The position numbers and the translations under genes are program-made. Under the pieces are notes generated by a model, which did no database searches, was not told the origin of the DNA, and worked only from the letters and a program-made list of their open reading frames with translations. Below, one piece after another: positions 39,103-48,241 of a DNA stretch of 64,000 nucleotides; the stretch's first letter is position 1, and each line of letters begins with the position of its first letter. This DNA comes from Gammaproteobacteria bacterium (lineage in GTDB: Bacteria > Pseudomonadota > Gammaproteobacteria > JAJPIJ01): NCBI GenBank assembly GCA_041395385.1, contig JAWLAN010000014.1:54189-118188 (forward strand), written 5' to 3'.

Positions 39103-39528
39103 CCGGGAGCCGCCGTCAGATCCCGTTCACCGTCCAGGCCTCGGCCCGGGCGCGCGCCGGCCGGCCACCCCTGCGGCCGGCGTTCGCGCACCTGGCGCCT
39201 GCGGCCGACTGCGCCCATGACCAGCAGCGCACCGCCGAGCAGCCAGAACGCGGCGGGTATGGGCACGGGCGCGCTGCCGAACAGAACATCGGGAACGTGG
39301 GAGCGGATCCAGTCCTGGTAATACGCGACGGAGGTTCCGACGGTCCGGTAGCCATCGTTCCAATCGGGTGCTTCGCGGGGATCCCGCAAGTCGTTCTCGT
39401 CGAAGACGAACGACATGATGGCCGCCACCACCGGGCCGCCGCCGTAGTCGAGCCACATCGGAGGCGATCGGCGACAGCGCGCCGGCCGCCATGAGGATCA
39501 TCCAGATCTGGCCAAGCAGCCTGGACAT
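39099..39528 (-). pseudogene. chimeric remnant: strong SD plus signal-peptide start, out of frame with a duplicated protease C-terminus and CTERM sorting tail
   Basis: The ATG at 39528 is preceded by 'aagggagggg' and encodes 'MSRLLGQIWMILMAAGALSPIASD'. One frame over, 39458..39099 encodes 'MWLDYGGGPVVAAIMSFVFDENDLRDP...VPIPAAFWLLGGALLVMGAVGRRR', followed by a read-through tail that overlaps the etfA stop. Confidence 0.5.
39237..39460. repeat. direct repeat copy A (about 224 nt), paralogous to 40592..40815
   Basis: My manual alignment to copy B shows about 15 mismatches over about 225 nt and no gaps. Confidence 0.7.
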
Positions 39529-39702
39529 CGTGTGTCCCCTCCCTTTTCGGCGTGAGTCCCCCAGGCAGGCTGCATCGTGACCCAGGGTTCGCGTTATCGA
39601 CGGCATGACGATGCCGCATCCGCCGTCTGGACCGATGAATGAATACAGAAGAGTCTAGTCTGCGTGCACGGGATGTCCGTTCTGCGGACACGTCATCCAG
39701 GG

Positions 39703-40212
39703 CTAGCCGGCACCGTGCCGTGCCTCCCCCAGGAGGATCGCCTTGACCCGCGCCGGCCCTATCGCGGCAACGAATTCAGAACTGACGCAGTACAGAAACA
39801 GACCAAACACGGTCCACAGACACGTCACTCCGAACAAGGGCCAGGGGATCTCGTCATACATCGACCGGACACCGGCCCAGAAGCCGCTGTGCTTTTGGAT
39901 CAGTGGTATCGACTCTTCCAGGAGACGGAAAGCGAGCACCACCACGCCGTAGAGGAGCGTCTTCCACAGAACGTGGATGACGCCCGTCCCGGACAGACGT
40001 CTGCTGATCGGGAGGGCATCCACGACGAGTATGGCCTTGGCGACGATAAGCGCGCCTACGGTCGCCGCCGTCGCGCGGAGTGCCGTAATGCTGTACTCGT
40101 CCAGCACGACGGCCTTGGTCAGGGCGATCATGTGAAACAGGATCAGAAAGAAGATTGTCGCCGGCAACGCCTCGCGGATCTCCCGCGCCACCACCCCTGC
40201 CGTCTTGCTCAT
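39703..40212 (-). CDS. hypothetical polytopic membrane protein
   Basis: 169 aa with 4-5 hydrophobic helices and visibly lower GC than its neighbours. It lies between the two repeat copies. Confidence 0.55.
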   Translation of the reverse strand: MSKTAGVVAREIREALPATIFFLILFHMIALTKAVVLDEYSITALRATAATVGALIVAKAILVVDALPISRRLSGTGVIHVLWKTLLYGVVVLAFRLLEESIPLIQKHSGFWAGVRSMYDEIPWPLFGVTCLWTVFGLFLYCVSSEFVAAIGPARVKAILLGEARHGAG

Positions 40213-40546
40213 CTCGACCTCTCCTCAGCTGATTCGAATTCGTTGAATTTCGCGCCGTACACGTTCAATCACCACGTCAGGTGACTCGCGCCGTTCGCCG
40301 GGCCATGACCGTCAGCCACTGTTCGAGAGTTTAGGCCAGGCGCCGGCTGTGCGTTCACGGTCGCTGCCGATCAACCGGACGACGCAACGCACCGGGGCCG
40401 GCAACGTATCAGGGATCCCGCATCGGCACGTGTCGGCCGCGGGGAGCAATGGCGGTCCGGTAACGGCGCCCCTCCACTCACGGCTCCGGAACCGCCGGTG
40501 CCCAGGGAGGATTTCGACCGCGATGGAACGGGCGCAAACGCGCCGG

Positions 40547-41440
40547 CTATTTCCTGTGGCGAATCGCGCCCAGCGCCAACAGCGCGCTGCCGAACAGCCA
40601 GAACGCCGCGGGTACGGGCACTGGGGCGCTGCCGAACTGGACATCGGGAACGTGGGAGCGGATCCAGTCCTGGTAATACGCGACGGAGGTTCCGACGGTC
40701 CAGTAGCCATCGTTCCAGTCGGGCGTCTCGGGCGGATCCCGCAAGTCGTTCTCGTCGAAGACGAACGACATGATGGCCGCCACCACCGGGCCGCCGCCGT
40801 AGTCAAGCCACATCGCGCCGCCGCTGTCGCCCGGCGCGCCACCCGAGGTGCCATACGTGCACAGAAGCATCGGCTGCGAACAATCGAAGGGAAAGCCCGG
40901 ATCGAAAAGCGGCGGCGGCGTCGGACCAACGGGATCGGTGGCGGCAACGCCGATGCGCCGCAGCATCGGGTCGCCCAGGTCCACGGTGCCGTCGACCTGC
41001 GTCAGGCCGTAACCGGTGAGCGTCGCCGTGACCGGCAAGCCGCCGTGCAGGGCGACGTTCGAGAGCATGGCGAAGGAGGCGTCGACGACGCCAGGAACCG
41101 GGATGATAGGCGTGATCAACGCGAGGTTGATCAATGCCAGATCGTCGTGAAACTCGCCGGGCACGTAATCCGGGTGAACGATGACCTGGTCGGGAAGAAA
41201 GATCCCTTCCGCATCGGTGTTCGGGTCGCCCATGACCAGGAACAGCGCACCGGCGTCGACCACGTGCGCCGCCGTCAGGACCCAGTAGGTATCGAGCGCG
41301 ACGACGCTGCCCAACCCGCCGGTAAACACGAAACCGACTGGGGAGTAGGTGTTGTCGACGTCCACCGTGCCGACGGTGATCGCGTGGGCGCTGGAGCTCA
41401 ACGCCAGACAGCACGCCGAACAGCGAAGAAGCCTCTTCAT
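40547..41440 (-). CDS. secreted trypsin-like (S1) serine protease with a PEP-CTERM/VPLPA-CTERM-like sorting tail
   Basis: Starts at 'MKRLLRCSACCLALSSSAHA'. The catalytic triad context is 'LTAAHV', 'DDLALINL' and 'GDSGGAMW'. The C-terminus is 'VPVPAAFWLFGSALLALGAIRHRK'. Confidence 0.8.
   Translation of the reverse strand: MKRLLRCSACCLALSSSAHAITVGTVDVDNTYSPVGFVFTGGLGSVVALDTYWVLTAAHVVDAGALFLVMGDPNTDAEGIFLPDQVIVHPDYVPGEFHDDLALINLALITPIIPVPGVVDASFAMLSNVALHGGLPVTATLTGYGLTQVDGTVDLGDPMLRRIGVAATDPVGPTPPPLFDPGFPFDCSQPMLLCTYGTSGGAPGDSGGAMWLDYGGGPVVAAIMSFVFDENDLRDPPETPDWNDGYWTVGTSVAYYQDWIRSHVPDVQFGSAPVPVPAAFWLFGSALLALGAIRHRK
40592..40815. repeat. direct repeat copy B (the 3' end of the intact protease gene)
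   Basis: See copy A at 39237..39460. Confidence 0.7.
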
Positions 41441-41532
41441 GCATGACCCCGTACGCCTGAGGCGGCGAATACTGGAAGTATAGGCGGTCCTCCTCGGGAT
41501 GATCGGCGGCGCGCCGGCGCCTGGCCGCTGCG

Positions 41533-42342
41533 CTACATCCGAGTCGGTCCCGTCGTTGCAGCGAGCAGCATGTCCGCGATCGCCGGGCCGGATTCGGCGA
41601 GCGCGCTGTAGACCTGCACGAGATCGGCGCCGGCGCGCAGATAGCGGCCCGCGGTGTCCGCCGTGCGCACGCCGCCCACGGCGATGAGCGCGGTGCCCTC
41701 CAACCGCTCGCGCAACCTCGAGATCCGGCCGCAGATCGATTCGACCGACGGCCAGCGCTCGAAGGCCGCGACCACGCCGTCGTATCCCAGCGCGGCGGCG
41801 CGCCCCGCCGCCTCCGGGACGGACTGCGCGTCGTCCGGCAGCGCGGCCACCTTGACCAGCAGGGGAATGCGCCGCGAGAGCGTGCGGCCGGTCGCGTCGA
41901 CCTGGGCTCGCATGCGCTCGAGCAGCGTTTGCAGCGCCCGCCCCTCCGCCACCCCGTCGCGGCACGCGCTTCCGGGGCGGCTCAGGTTCACGACGAGAAA
42001 ATCGGCGAGCAGCGTCAGGGCGTGCGCGCCGACGGCGATCTCGGCCGCGGCAACCGTGTCGAGCTCGTCGCGCTGGCTGCCGATGCTGACCCCGATCACC
42101 GCGCCGCGCCGGCCGCACGCCGGCGCCGACTGCAGGCGATGGCAGGCGAGATTCCTGACGATGGGTTGCAGCATGGCGATCGCGCCCGCCCCGGCCGAGA
42201 CGTTGATCGTACCGACCTCGACGAAGGCGAAGCCCGCCGCCGAGAGCTCGGCCAGCTGGCTGCCGTCGCGGTCGTAGCCCGCCGCCACGCCGATGGGATG
42301 GGCGAACTCGATGCCCATCACCCGCCGCGGGCCGTTCGCCAT
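41533..42342 (-). CDS. dihydroorotate-dehydrogenase-like TIM-barrel protein (short, divergent)
   Basis: 'GIEFAHPIGVAAGYDRDG...GFAFVEVGT' and 'LIAVGGVRTADTAGRYLRAGADLVQVYS' resemble PyrD. The protein lacks the N-terminal membrane domain, and the 'NISSPNT' site reads 'NLSRPGS'. Confidence 0.6.
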   Translation of the reverse strand: MANGPRRVMGIEFAHPIGVAAGYDRDGSQLAELSAAGFAFVEVGTINVSAGAGAIAMLQPIVRNLACHRLQSAPACGRRGAVIGVSIGSQRDELDTVAAAEIAVGAHALTLLADFLVVNLSRPGSACRDGVAEGRALQTLLERMRAQVDATGRTLSRRIPLLVKVAALPDDAQSVPEAAGRAAALGYDGVVAAFERWPSVESICGRISRLRERLEGTALIAVGGVRTADTAGRYLRAGADLVQVYSALAESGPAIADMLLAATTGPTRM

Positions 42343-42355
42343 GGACGTTACCGCC

Positions 42356-43447
42356 TCACGCGGCCGCCTGCCGCCGCGCGGCGAAGTCGCGCATGAACGC
42401 GAGCAGCGCCTCCACCGAGGAATCCGGTGTCGCGTTGTGCAGGCTCACCCGCACGCCGCCGACGGCGGAGTGTCCCTCGAGATGATGCAGGCCGCGCCGC
42501 GCCGCCTCGTCCAGGAACTCGCGCTCCAGCTCGCCGCTGGGCAGGCGGAAGCAGAGGTTCACCTGCGATCGGTGCGCCGGCTCGACCGGGCAGAGATAGA
42601 GCGGGCTGCCGTCGATGACTTCGTACAGCCGCGCGCTGCGGCGCGCCGCGTGCTGCGCGAAGGTCGCCACTCCGCCGTTGCGGCGCATCCAGGCGAACAT
42701 CAGCCCGGCGCAGTAGACGCTGAACGTGGGCGGCGTGTTGACGCAGCCGTTGCACTCGGCCTGCCGGCGGTAGTCGAACGCCGCCGGTGTGACGCCTGCG
42801 GCGCCGCGCAGCATGTCCTCGCGGACGATGACGATGGTCAATCCGGCGCAGCCGGCGTTCTTCTGCGCGCTGGCGTAGAGCAGGCCGCAGCGGGCGACCT
42901 CGATCGGCTGCATGAGAAAGTCCGAGGTCACGTCGGCGACCAGCGGCACCGCGCCCGTGTCTGGCAGCTCGCGGAACTGCACGCCGTGGGCGGTCTCGTT
43001 GGTGGTGAGGTGGCAGTAGGCGGCGGCGGGGTCGAGCTGCCAGCTCTCTCGCGGCGGGATGCCGCAGAAACCCTCGCGCGCGCCGCTGGCCGCGATGCGC
43101 ACATTCCCATGGCGCCCCGCCTCGGCCGCCGCGCGCTCCGACCACAGGCCGGTCACGACGTAGTCGGCGCCGCGGCCGGGCGCCAGGAGATTCATCGCCA
43201 GGATGCCGAAGTGCGCGTAGGCGCCGCCCTGCAGAAAAAGGATGTGATGGCTCGCCGGCACGTCGAGCAAGGCCCGCAGGTCGCGCTCGGCGGCGGCTGC
43301 GATGGCTCGATATTCCGGGCAGGAGAACGGCATCTCCAGGACCGACATGCCGCTGCCGTGCCAGTCGAGCATCTCGTCGCGGATCTCGCGCAGGACCTCC
43401 TCCGGCAGGCACGAGGGGCCGGAGGAGAAGTTGTGGATCCGGCTCAT
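42356..43447 (-). CDS. serC: 3-phosphoserine/phosphohydroxythreonine aminotransferase
   Basis: Motifs include 'IHNFSSGPSCLPEEVL', 'GSGMSVLEM' and 'FLQGGA', with an 'AQKNAG' Lys site. Confidence 0.9.
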   Translation of the reverse strand: MSRIHNFSSGPSCLPEEVLREIRDEMLDWHGSGMSVLEMPFSCPEYRAIAAAAERDLRALLDVPASHHILFLQGGAYAHFGILAMNLLAPGRGADYVVTGLWSERAAAEAGRHGNVRIAASGAREGFCGIPPRESWQLDPAAAYCHLTTNETAHGVQFRELPDTGAVPLVADVTSDFLMQPIEVARCGLLYASAQKNAGCAGLTIVIVREDMLRGAAGVTPAAFDYRRQAECNGCVNTPPTFSVYCAGLMFAWMRRNGGVATFAQHAARRSARLYEVIDGSPLYLCPVEPAHRSQVNLCFRLPSGELEREFLDEAARRGLHHLEGHSAVGGVRVSLHNATPDSSVEALLAFMRDFAARRQAAA

Positions 43448-43472
43448 GACGGACGGGCGAACGGCCCGGTCC

Positions 43473-43970
43473 TCAGAACAGCGTGGGCGCGTGCGCCCCG
43501 GCGGTCATCAGGAAGACCGCGGGGAAGGACAGGATCGTGTTGGTGCGCGAGGACAGGAAGGTGATGCGCGAGCAGCGCACCCGCTCCGCGTGCGCCGCCG
43601 GCACGAAGCCCAGCACCTTCTTCTGGTGCGGCCACAGCACGAACCACAGGTTGGCCGTCATCAGCAGGCCGATCCACACGCCCAGGCCGAGCACGGCGAA
43701 CTGCCCCTGCAGCGTGAGCGCCTCGGTGAGGATGCCGCGGAACCACAGCATGTAGAGCCCGCTCGCCAGCACCACCAGCGAGGCGTACCGGAACGTGCCG
43801 TGCTCGCGCTGCGCGGCCTGCATGAACAGCTGGTCGGCCGCGGCCGTGTCCACGGGATCGACGGGCCGATAGCGCGGCCGCTGAACGACGTTCGCGTAGT
43901 TGTGGCCGATCCACACCAGCAGCCCGAGCAGGTGCAGCCAGCGGGCGAGCACGTACAGCTCCAGCGTCAT
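43473..43970 (-). CDS. hypothetical membrane protein (4 TM)
   Basis: 165 aa: 'LARWLHLLGLLVWIGHNYANVV..'. No confident family assignment. Confidence 0.55.
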   Translation of the reverse strand: MTLELYVLARWLHLLGLLVWIGHNYANVVQRPRYRPVDPVDTAAADQLFMQAAQREHGTFRYASLVVLASGLYMLWFRGILTEALTLQGQFAVLGLGVWIGLLMTANLWFVLWPHQKKVLGFVPAAHAERVRCSRITFLSSRTNTILSFPAVFLMTAGAHAPTLF

Positions 43971-44108
43971 ATCTCCGGCTCCTGATCCGAATCCTCCACC
44001 CGCCCTAGACCATCCAGCGCGCCAGCAGATACAGCAGCGCCGTCAGCAGCAGGCCGCACGCGACGGTGCCGCCCAGCGTCTCGTGCGGCAGCCTGAAGCG
44101 CGGCGGCC

Positions 44109-45257
44109 TCATCCGCCGCAACCCATGAACGCGGTGTTGATGCTGTCGCGCCGCCGCATGACGATCGGGCGGTGGCGGCGGTGCGGCGCCGACGCTTCCG
44201 CGACCGCCTCGACGACCAGGTGATGCTCCGGCGACTTCGCGCACACCGGGTCGGTGTTGGCGGCGTTGCCCGTGAGCAGGTAGGCCTGGCAGCGGCAGCC
44301 GCCGAAGTCCTGCTCCTTCTCCGGGCAGCTGCGGCACGGCTCCTTCATCCAGGCATCGCCGCGAAACTCGTTGAAGACCGGCGACTCGTGCCAGATCCAG
44401 GCGAGCGGCGACTCGCGCACGCTGGGAAACTCGAGGCCGGGGATCACGCGTGCCTCCTGACACGGCAGCGCGCTGCCGTCCGGCGCGATGGTGAGGTGGA
44501 TCGCCCCCCAGCCGTTCATGCAGGCCTTCGGCCGCTCGTCGAAGTAGTCCGGGATGACGAAGTAGATCGTCATCTTCTTGCCCAGCCGCTCCCGCGCACG
44601 CGCCACGGCGGCCTCGGCGGCGGCGATCTGCTCGCGGGTGGGCAGGAACTCCGAGCGGTTCAACAGCGCCCAGTTGTAGTACTGGATGTTGGCGAATTCC
44701 AGGTAGTCCACGCCGATCTCCTCGGCCAGCCTCAGGATCTCCTCGGTCTGATCGATGTTCTGCCGGCAGATCGGCACGTTCAGCACCATGGGGAAGCCGT
44801 GCTTCTTGATCTCGCGCGCCGCGGCGAGCTTGGCGTCGAAGGCCTTCGCCCCGACCAGCGAGTCGGTGATCGCGCGATCGCTGGACTGCAGGCTCAGCTG
44901 GATCTGCTTGAGCCCCGCGGCCTTCAGGGCCTGAAGCCGCTCGCAGCTCAGGCCGATTCCGGAGGTGATGAGGTTGGTGTAGAAGCCGAGGCGATCCGCC
45001 TCGCCCACCAGCTCCTCCAGGTCCTCGCGCAGCAGCGGCTCGCCGCCGGAGAAGCCCAGCTGCAGCGAGCCCATCGCGCGGGCCTCGCCCAGCACGCGCT
45101 TCCATTCCTCCGTGCTCAGCTCGTTGCGGTAGCTGTCGAAGTCCAGCGGATTGTTGCACCAGGCGCAGTGCAACGGGCAGCGGTAGGTGAGCTCGAGGAC
45201 GAGCCACATCGGGATGCGGTCGCCGTCAAGACTTAATCCTGATCCAGCCTTTGGCAT
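44109..45257 (-). CDS. pqqE: PQQ biosynthesis radical SAM/SPASM protein PqqE
   Basis: Motifs include 'LELTYRCPLHCAWCNNP', 'GFSGGEPLL' and the C-terminal 'CRSCPEKEQDFGGCRCQAYLLTGNAANTDPVC'. The start could instead be M17 (45209). Confidence 0.9.
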   Translation of the reverse strand: MPKAGSGLSLDGDRIPMWLVLELTYRCPLHCAWCNNPLDFDSYRNELSTEEWKRVLGEARAMGSLQLGFSGGEPLLREDLEELVGEADRLGFYTNLITSGIGLSCERLQALKAAGLKQIQLSLQSSDRAITDSLVGAKAFDAKLAAAREIKKHGFPMVLNVPICRQNIDQTEEILRLAEEIGVDYLEFANIQYYNWALLNRSEFLPTREQIAAAEAAVARARERLGKKMTIYFVIPDYFDERPKACMNGWGAIHLTIAPDGSALPCQEARVIPGLEFPSVRESPLAWIWHESPVFNEFRGDAWMKEPCRSCPEKEQDFGGCRCQAYLLTGNAANTDPVCAKSPEHHLVVEAVAEASAPHRRHRPIVMRRRDSINTAFMGCGG

Positions 45258-45513
45258 GAGAAGTCTCCAGGAAGCGGTACACGCCGGCGGACACGTCGGC
45301 GTTGGTATAGCGGCTGTTGAGATCGGCGACGATGTCGGCGGCGGTGCGTTGCCCGTCGCACAGCAGCAGGATGGCCGCGGCGGTCTCGTTGAGCTTGACC
45401 ACGCCCTCGGGGTAGAGCATCACGTGGGCCTGCTGGGGTTCCTCCCAGCGCAGCAGGTACAGCGGGTTCAGCAGCGGCACGTCACCGGCCGCGACGGTGT
45501 TGTTCTCGGTCAT
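45226..45513 (-). CDS. pqqD: PQQ biosynthesis peptide chaperone PqqD
   Basis: 95 aa: 'LRWEEPQQAHVMLYPEGVVKLNETAAAILLLCDGQRTAADIVADL'. Confidence 0.85.
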   Translation of the reverse strand: MTENNTVAAGDVPLLNPLYLLRWEEPQQAHVMLYPEGVVKLNETAAAILLLCDGQRTAADIVADLNSRYTNADVSAGVYRFLETSHAKGWIRIKS

Positions 45514-45560
45514 ACGGTGCGGGGAAGGACGGATGGAGCGATGCGCGGGCGCCGGAGGGA

Positions 45561-45590
45561 AAGGCCGGGCAGGATGATCCTCCCGGCCTT
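45561..45590 (-). terminator. GC-rich stem-loop 17 nt downstream of pqqA (attenuator/processing hairpin)
   Basis: On the minus strand, 'aaggccgggaggatcatcctgcccggcctt' forms 9+4 bp with one bulge. There is no T-tract, so it is likely a partial terminator, as described for other pqq operons. Confidence 0.45.
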
Positions 45591-45606
45591 CGCGTGCTCG
45601 CCCTGA

Positions 45607-45681
45607 TCAGCGCACGTACACGTACGCGGTGACTTCGAAGCCAAGACGCAGATCGCAATACGCGGGATCGATCCAGTTCAT
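45607..45681 (-). CDS. pqqA: PQQ precursor peptide PqqA
   Basis: Not in the ORF track because it is too short. My translation is 'MNWIDPAYCDLRLGFEVTAYVYVR' (24 aa), with the conserved E-x3-Y (EVTAY) crosslink pair. Confidence 0.8.
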   Translation of the reverse strand: MNWIDPAYCDLRLGFEVTAYVYVR

Positions 45682-45857
45682 TGCCTACTCCTCTCATCGT
45701 TTGATGTCGTGGGTGCACTACGCATGTCGCCTTCATCTCCTCGTTGCTCGAGCGAAGGCACTGCATGGAGCAGCAATGTCGATGCCACCGCATTTGTACC
45801 TGGTATCACTCGCAAGTCTCTGTCTGCGCGTGATTTGTGTCGGGGCGATCGGGCGTC

Positions 45858-45871
45858 TTGATTCATATCAA
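45858..45871. promoter_or_regulatory. perfect FNR-type box TTGAT-TCAT-ATCAA
   Basis: It lies in the 433-nt lower-GC divergent region between pqqA (start 45681) and the molybdoenzyme gene (start 46115). Confidence 0.6.
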
Positions 45872-46114
45872 GGTTCATCACAACCACGAGGTGGTCGAGA
45901 GCAGCCAAGACAGCGTGTACTCGCGCCGCAGCACGCGCCGCGCGCGATGCGAAGCGTCCAACGAGTCTTGATCAAGGTCATGTCCACGCGATTGCACGGG
46001 TGGAATAGTTGCGCCGCCAAGACTACGCACGCATCCACCGATCGCGCCATTCGCCGCAATGTACGTTCACTCTCTTTACGCGCCATGGCGCGCAGACGGA
46101 TTCGAGGCAGGGGG

Positions 46115-48241
46115 ATGACCGCCAGGATAGAGCGCTCCGACGCCGAACGCTTCACGCCGCCCGTCAACGGCGTGGTGCGCGGCGTGTGCCCGCACGACTG
46201 CCCGGACTGCTGCAGCGTGCTGTATCACGTGCGCGAAGGCAGGCTGCGAAAGATCGAGGGCAACCCCGATCACCCCACGACGCGCGGCTTCATCTGCCGC
46301 AAGTTCGCGCTATCCCCGAAACGCATTCACTCCCTGGACCGCCTGCAGACCCCGCTGCGCCGCTGCGGACCGAAGGGCGACGGGCGATTCGAGCGGATCT
46401 CGTGGCCGGCGGCGATCGAGGAGATCCGCGGGCGATGGCAGTCGATCGTCGCCGAGTCAGGACCGCGGTCGATCCTTCCGTTCTTCGGGTCAGGCACCGA
46501 AGGGCTGGTCAACGGCCGCATCGCCGGGCGGCGCTTCTTCAATCGCCTCGGCTCGCTGCAACTGGAACGCACCATCTGCACGAAGTCAGGGCGCACGGGC
46601 TTCGACTACACCATGGGGTCCTCCATCGGCGCCGACCCGCGCGCCGTCTCCGACTGCGAGCTGATCGTGCTGTGGGGCTGCAACATCGCCTGCACCAACA
46701 TTCATCAGCAGGCGCTGGTGCACGATGCCCAGGCGCGCGGTGCGATAGTGGTGGTCATCAACCCGATGCAGGTGAAGGGAACCGGCCGCGCCGATCTCAT
46801 CGTTCAGCCGCGTCCCGGCACCGACGCGGCGATCGCGCTGGCCATCATGCACGTGATCATCCGCGATCGCCTCCACGACCGATCATTCGTGGAGCGCCAT
46901 ACGCTCGGCTTCGAGCAGCTGCGTGAACGGGTCGCCGACTACGCCCCCGAGACGGTGGAGGGGATCGCCGGCGTGCCGGCCGCGGACATCGAGAAGCTGG
47001 CCGCCTGGTACGCGTCGACGGAGAGCTCGTTCATATACATAGGACCGGGCTGCCAGCGCCACAGCAACGGCGGCATGACGGTGCGCGCCATCTCCTGCCT
47101 GCCGGCGCTGACCGGCGCATGGGCGCAGCGTGGCGGCGGCGCCTACTTTCCCACCAGCACGGTATTCCCCGTGGAGACCGAGGCGCTGGAAGGGGCCTCG
47201 ATGCGGCCCAACCCGCCTGCCGGCTACAACATGATCGAGCTCGGCGCCATGCTGACAGAGCCGGGTCACGGCGTGCGCAGCCTCTACGTGTTCAACGGCA
47301 ATCCCGCGGCGACGCTCTACAACCAGGAGCGGCTGCGCCGCGGGCTGGAGCGCGAGGACCTGTTCACCGTGGCGCACGAGCAGTACCTGACCGACACGGC
47401 GAGGTACGCGGACATCGTGCTGCCAGCGACGTCGCACGTGGAGAATCTCGACCTGCTCTTCTCCTACTATCACTTCGGCGTCATGCTGAACCGCCCCGCC
47501 ATCCAGCCCGTGGGCGAGGCGCTCTCCAATCTCGATACCTTCCGGCTGCTCGCCGAGGCAATGGGCTTCCAGGAGCCCTGCTTCCGCCAGGACGCCTGGC
47601 AGGTGATCGAGGAGATACTGGCGCTGCGGCATCCCGCGCTCACCGGCGTCAGCGCCGAGCGCCTGCTCGAGCACGGCTGGTGTCCGGCCGCCGTCGAGGC
47701 GGCGCACGCGATGGTGCGGGACGGCCGCTTCCCGACGCCGTCGGGACGCATCGAACTGTACTCCCGGCGCATGAGCGATGACGGCTTCGATCCGCTGCCG
47801 GCGTACGTGCCGCTGCGCGAAGGCCTGGAGCGCACGCCGTCGCTCCATCAGCGCTACCCGCTTTATCTCATCACCCCGGCGTCGTGCTCGTTCCACAAGT
47901 CGAGCCATGCGCGCATCCGCGGCTGGGAGCGCTGGGAGGATCGCCCCACCCTTCTCATCCATCCGCGCGACGCGCACGCGCGCGGTATCGCGCATGACGA
48001 CGAGGTGAGGGTATTCAACGACCGGGGCGATTTCGTGCTGTGGGCGGCCATCGACAGCGGCGTGCGCCCCGGCGTCGTCGCCGCCACCGGCCTGTGGTGG
48101 GACGAGCGCTATCCGGAACGCCGCAACGCCAACCACACCACGCCGGACCTGCCGGGCGACATGGGCGGGGGGTCCACCTTCAACACCAACCTCGTGGAGG
48201 TCGCGCGCGGGAGGGGCGCGCCGAGCCATGCAACCGACTGA
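46115..48241 (+). CDS. cytoplasmic molybdopterin (bis-MGD) oxidoreductase, DMSO-reductase superfamily
   Basis: Starts at internal 'MTARIERS', with no Tat signal. The N-terminal Fe-S motif is 'CPHDCPDCCS'. Motifs 'LWGCNIACTNIH' and 'VVINPM' are present, and a C-terminal barrel includes 'LLIHPRDAHARGI'. Confidence 0.85.
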   Translation: MTARIERSDAERFTPPVNGVVRGVCPHDCPDCCSVLYHVREGRLRKIEGNPDHPTTRGFICRKFALSPKRIHSLDRLQTPLRRCGPKGDGRFERISWPAAIEEIRGRWQSIVAESGPRSILPFFGSGTEGLVNGRIAGRRFFNRLGSLQLERTICTKSGRTGFDYTMGSSIGADPRAVSDCELIVLWGCNIACTNIHQQALVHDAQARGAIVVVINPMQVKGTGRADLIVQPRPGTDAAIALAIMHVIIRDRLHDRSFVERHTLGFEQLRERVADYAPETVEGIAGVPAADIEKLAAWYASTESSFIYIGPGCQRHSNGGMTVRAISCLPALTGAWAQRGGGAYFPTSTVFPVETEALEGASMRPNPPAGYNMIELGAMLTEPGHGVRSLYVFNGNPAATLYNQERLRRGLEREDLFTVAHEQYLTDTARYADIVLPATSHVENLDLLFSYYHFGVMLNRPAIQPVGEALSNLDTFRLLAEAMGFQEPCFRQDAWQVIEEILALRHPALTGVSAERLLEHGWCPAAVEAAHAMVRDGRFPTPSGRIELYSRRMSDDGFDPLPAYVPLREGLERTPSLHQRYPLYLITPASCSFHKSSHARIRGWERWEDRPTLLIHPRDAHARGIAHDDEVRVFNDRGDFVLWAAIDSGVRPGVVAATGLWWDERYPERRNANHTTPDLPGDMGGGSTFNTNLVEVARGRGAPSHATD

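Noticed and set aside
40547-42118. 523-aa version of the protease ORF
   Set aside because: The N-terminal 226 residues are Arg/Gly/Ala-rich and overlap the DHODH-like gene. A signal peptide starts at M227 (nt 41440).
45961-45980. 'tcttgatcaagg' palindrome as a second FNR box
   Set aside because: The half-sites abut with no 4-nt spacer, so it does not fit TTGAT-N4-ATCAA. I kept it only as a note.
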